64,000 bases of DNA, taken from positions 1 through 64,000 of the forward strand of contig CAXHJY010001226.1 in the NCBI GenBank assembly GCA_964016885.1, in the 5' to 3' direction. Both the position numbers and the translations under genes were made by a program. The DNA is from Eledone cirrhosa. Its lineage: Eukaryota. Under the pieces are notes generated by a model. It was not told the DNA's origin and made no database searches. It saw only the letters and a program-made list of their open reading frames with translations. Positions 62,305-64,000 of this stretch are shown piece by piece. Position 1 is the stretch's first letter; each line of letters begins with the position of its first letter.

Positions 62305-62882
62305 AAATATGGTTTTATAAATATAGTTTCCATTTATTTAATATCGTAAATATACTCCAAATACTTGTTGAGTGCTTTTATATCAGTTATAAATATTTAC
62401 TCGTTGTAACCCAACAATTTAAATAAAACTTTGCATATATATATATATATATATGTACACACTGACCTGTAACCGTTTTTTAGAGTGGACAACATAGTCC
62501 AATTAAAAATAGGTAGTTTACCAAATAACTGTTTACAAGAAAGTGGCCATAAAATTAATGAATATCTTAAATTTCTAAGATAAAAATATTTCATAAATTA
62601 TCCAGTCAAGCTGGATGGGAATGGTTATGTTTACCAAATAAATGGTAAACCTAACTTAATTTTATTGCTTATTATATCTACAGTGTTAGTTCTATATATT
62701 TACATTAATATATTTAGACTGTCCCTTGAGGTTAAGTGGTGTAACCCCAAGCTACAGTTGCTTGGTTGATAAGTCACTTCACCAGTCAGTGTCTGTGTAC
62801 AGTGGGTAGTTGTTGTTCGCTGGGTTTCAGTTTACCAGTGCTAGTGTTAAATGACTGTAGCTGTTGAGTGATTCCACTAACC

Positions 62883-63227
62883 TTAACCCTTTCAATATCA
62901 AACTACCCAAAAATTTGTCCCTGGCACTATAGCACAAAATTGTTTATTTTAAAATGTTTATATTTATCTAAAAACATTGTATTATAATTTTATGTAAGAA
63001 CCTTTGTTAAAATATGTTACAAAAACCAGTTTAATTTTTAACATGATGTTATTCATGAAACCACATGAGCAAGACATTCTTATAAAGTACACCACAACAA
63101 ACTACCCACTAGTAAAGATACTATAAACATTTGAATTAAATCCATATTAAGATATTTTCTGCTAAATCATTACAGGATATTAAGTAAGCAGTGTTTTTCA
63201 TTAGAAATATAGTAATGAAAGGGTTAA
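62883..63227. mobile_element. piggyBac-type MITE
   Basis: TTAA|CCCTTTCA...TGAAAGGG|TTAA. Confidence 0.7.
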
Positions 63228-63451
63228 GTCAAGCTGACACCAGGTGTACTATCTCTTAAGAACCATTCTTCAAGCATTTTCCTATCTGTATATTGTACCA
63301 TGTAGCAACTGATTATGTAAGGTCTATGTCAGAGTATGCTATATCCACGTAGCTATTTATGCTCATATATATAATGTCTGAATTTTTTTTGTAGTTGACT
63401 TGTTTTTAGCAGACTTGATTTAACAACAGTTGAACTGTGTTGAAGTTTTGT

Positions 63452-63687
63452 TTAACTCTTTTGATACCAAGCCACACAAAGCCACCCTTGCTTTTACAAT
63501 ACAAAACTGTTTGTTTTAAAGTGTTTATATCTATCTAAAAACCTTCCATCATAATTTTATCTAAGAACATTTGTTCAATCATGCTCCAAACACCAACTTA
63601 CTAACAAGAAAGCTAAAATCTTGGTTATTTTCAAATTTTTTTGAAAAACAGTGCCTTTAATTAGTTATATGGTAATGAAAGGGTTAA
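63452..63687. mobile_element. piggyBac-type MITE, same family
   Basis: TTAA|CTCTTTTGATACCA...TGGTAATGAAAGGG|TTAA. Confidence 0.7.
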
Positions 63688-63828
63688 TTAGCTGATATTT
63701 TCATATTCCTGTTGGTGCTGAGATAAAACTGTTGAGGGTTGTTTTACAAGTCATAAGTTAAAATCCACTTTAAGTATTTTGTTTCCATGACTATAAATGA
63801 AAGCTCTTTGAAATGGTTGGTTTTGTTT

Positions 63829-64000
63829 TACAAGGGTCGGCTGAAAAGTTCATTGGCTCACTATGAATGTGTGATGCTAGAGCTGTGAAATCTTTCATGC
63901 ATTACTTTCAACTCTTCTTAATAGCAGCATTGTTTCTTTCCAAGGACTGTGTTGAAAAATAAACCTTATTTGGTCATTCCATGAGAGTATCTTGGTCAAC
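63829..64000 (+). mobile_element. Possible Tc1/mariner-type element left end
   Basis: TA|CAAGGGTCGGCTGAAAAGTTC resembles mariner TIRs; the partner end is not in the window. Confidence 0.45.

Larger units (their letters stand above)
57055..62348. mobile_element. Penelope-like element 2: 5.3-kb quasi-palindrome (arms 57055-59316 and 60083-62348)
   Basis: Mirror-image ORFs in the track; arms differ by only a few substitutions and a homopolymer length. Confidence 0.92.

Overview
Eukaryotic, repeat-saturated DNA, probably from an octopus-like cephalopod (inferred from SINE types recalled from memory, not searched). Positions ~2.9-44.3 kb are kilobase-scale (TA)n-derived microsatellite arrays with many retroelements inserted into them: two CR1-clade LINEs; five copies of an RTE-clade LINE with a PHD finger inside its RT, one with an intact ORF; a second RTE family; an internally deleted RTE; a Penelope-like element (PLE); and several small non-coding elements carrying hammerhead ribozymes (HHRs) in inverted repeats. 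The most notable is a 316/317-bp tandem repeat whose units each contain an HHR with the rare compensated U3-A8 core inside a long closing helix, a candidate circRNA-producing retrozyme. Positions 44.3-64 kb hold two minus-strand exons of a PH-domain (pleckstrin-like) host gene, SINEs, piggyBac-type MITEs, a full-length Tx1/L1-type element whose ORF1 stop codon lies in a candidate 34-nt in-frame intron, a degenerate R4/Dong-type element and a 5.3-kb palindromic PLE with an HHR at both ends. The long Tyr/Ile ORFs in the track are microsatellite artefacts. All folds and alignments were done by eye.
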